This document shows, piece by piece, positions 63,436-64,000 of a DNA stretch of 64,000 bases. Source of the DNA: a virus. Taxonomy: Duplodnaviria; Caudoviricetes. The notes beneath the pieces were generated by a model that saw only the letters and a list, made by a program, of their open reading frames with translations, did not search any database and was not told the origin of the DNA. A program made the position numbers and the translations under genes. Positions within the stretch are counted from its first letter, which is position 1, and every line of letters starts with the position of its first letter. Location of the stretch: the IMG/VR virus record IMGVR_UViG_3300009185_000001, positions 1 to 64,000 of that record; one strand, given 5' to 3'.

Positions 63436-64000
63436 ATGTCCGAAGAAAATAATAACATTTTAAATTTTAATGAAGCATTAAACCTATTAGACAATGCTTC
63501 TAAAGAATCGTTTTTAACCGAAGCCTATATTCCATCGTTAAAAAGAACCGTTAAAATAAAAGAAATTAATGCCAAACAACAGAAAACTATAATAGAATCT
63601 GCAATTGATTCTGCAATGGCCAAATCTACTTTTTCTAAGGTTTTTTATGATATTGTTTGTTCTAATTGCTTAGAAGAAAAGTCTGTAATAGAAACATTTA
63701 CTACAGTAGATAAGGCATCTATCGCATTTTCGATGCGATCACAAATTTCTGATAGTATTAAAGTAATTTTTCAAGAAGAACCTAAGATTGAAAACACTAT
63801 TATTTTAAATGATATTATTAGTAAATTTTTTAATTATACACATCCGAGTGAAAGTCTTATAAATTTTTCTAAAAATGGAGTTAATATAGATGTAAAAATT
63901 GATATTCCATTATTTTCTGAAGAAGCAAAGTTTGATAGTATTATCTACGGAAAAGAAAAGGTAGGAAATCAGGTAGAAGAAATTAAAAGCATTATTACAG
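63436..64000 (+). CDS. Second gp26-like baseplate hub subunit (runs off the window end)
   Basis: ATG at 63436; IPSL...VK.KE...KQQK.I, NC......T..DK..I...MR. Confidence 0.6.
   Translation, partial: MSEENNNILNFNEALNLLDNASKESFLTEAYIPSLKRTVKIKEINAKQQKTIIESAIDSAMAKSTFSKVFYDIVCSNCLEEKSVIETFTTVDKASIAFSMRSQISDSIKVIFQEEPKIENTIILNDIISKFFNYTHPSESLINFSKNGVNIDVKIDIPLFSEEAKFDSIIYGKEKVGNQVEEIKSIIT

Noticed and set aside
1-64000. Stop-codon reassignment
   Set aside because: Conserved genes (nrdA, nrdB, sheath, phoH) are full length in code 11, all three stops end genes, and there is no suppressor tRNA

Overview
This 64-kb window is part of a large, AT-rich (roughly 30% GC, estimated by eye) T4-like myovirus genome. 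It contains no rRNA and no CRISPR array. The right end carries structural genes: tail sheath, tail tube, tube-like and baseplate-hub genes, a gp14-like neck protein and an acidic scaffold-like protein. The window also has class I ribonucleotide reductase (nrdA with a LAGLIDADG intein, plus nrdB), PhoH, dCMP deaminase, two RNA ligases, a DNA methyltransferase, a lysis cassette, four tRNAs, and a dense minus-strand array of small early genes (22-47 kb) interrupted by an IS605-type TnpB and a free-standing LAGLIDADG endonuclease. A DUF4032-like gene points weakly to a Verrucomicrobiota/PVC host. The most notable observations are: (1) a tandem pair of late-promoter LCIB/LCIC-family beta-carbonic anhydrases, one with a beta-rich N-terminal extension; (2) a shared N-terminal leader (M-x3-D-x3-L-E-x2-Y-x2-I-x2-3-E) on at least six unrelated late proteins, including the MoxR-type AAA+ ATPase and the HExxH peptidase of a MoxR/vWA/peptidase triad, which suggests a capsid-packaged, injected chaperone/protease system; (3) TnpB and a homing endonuclease both under the phage late promoter; (4) an 8/4-fold tRNA-Ser and a non-canonical tRNA-Glu; (5) a candidate unimolecular spanin. 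All functional calls come from motif recognition by eye, with no database searches.
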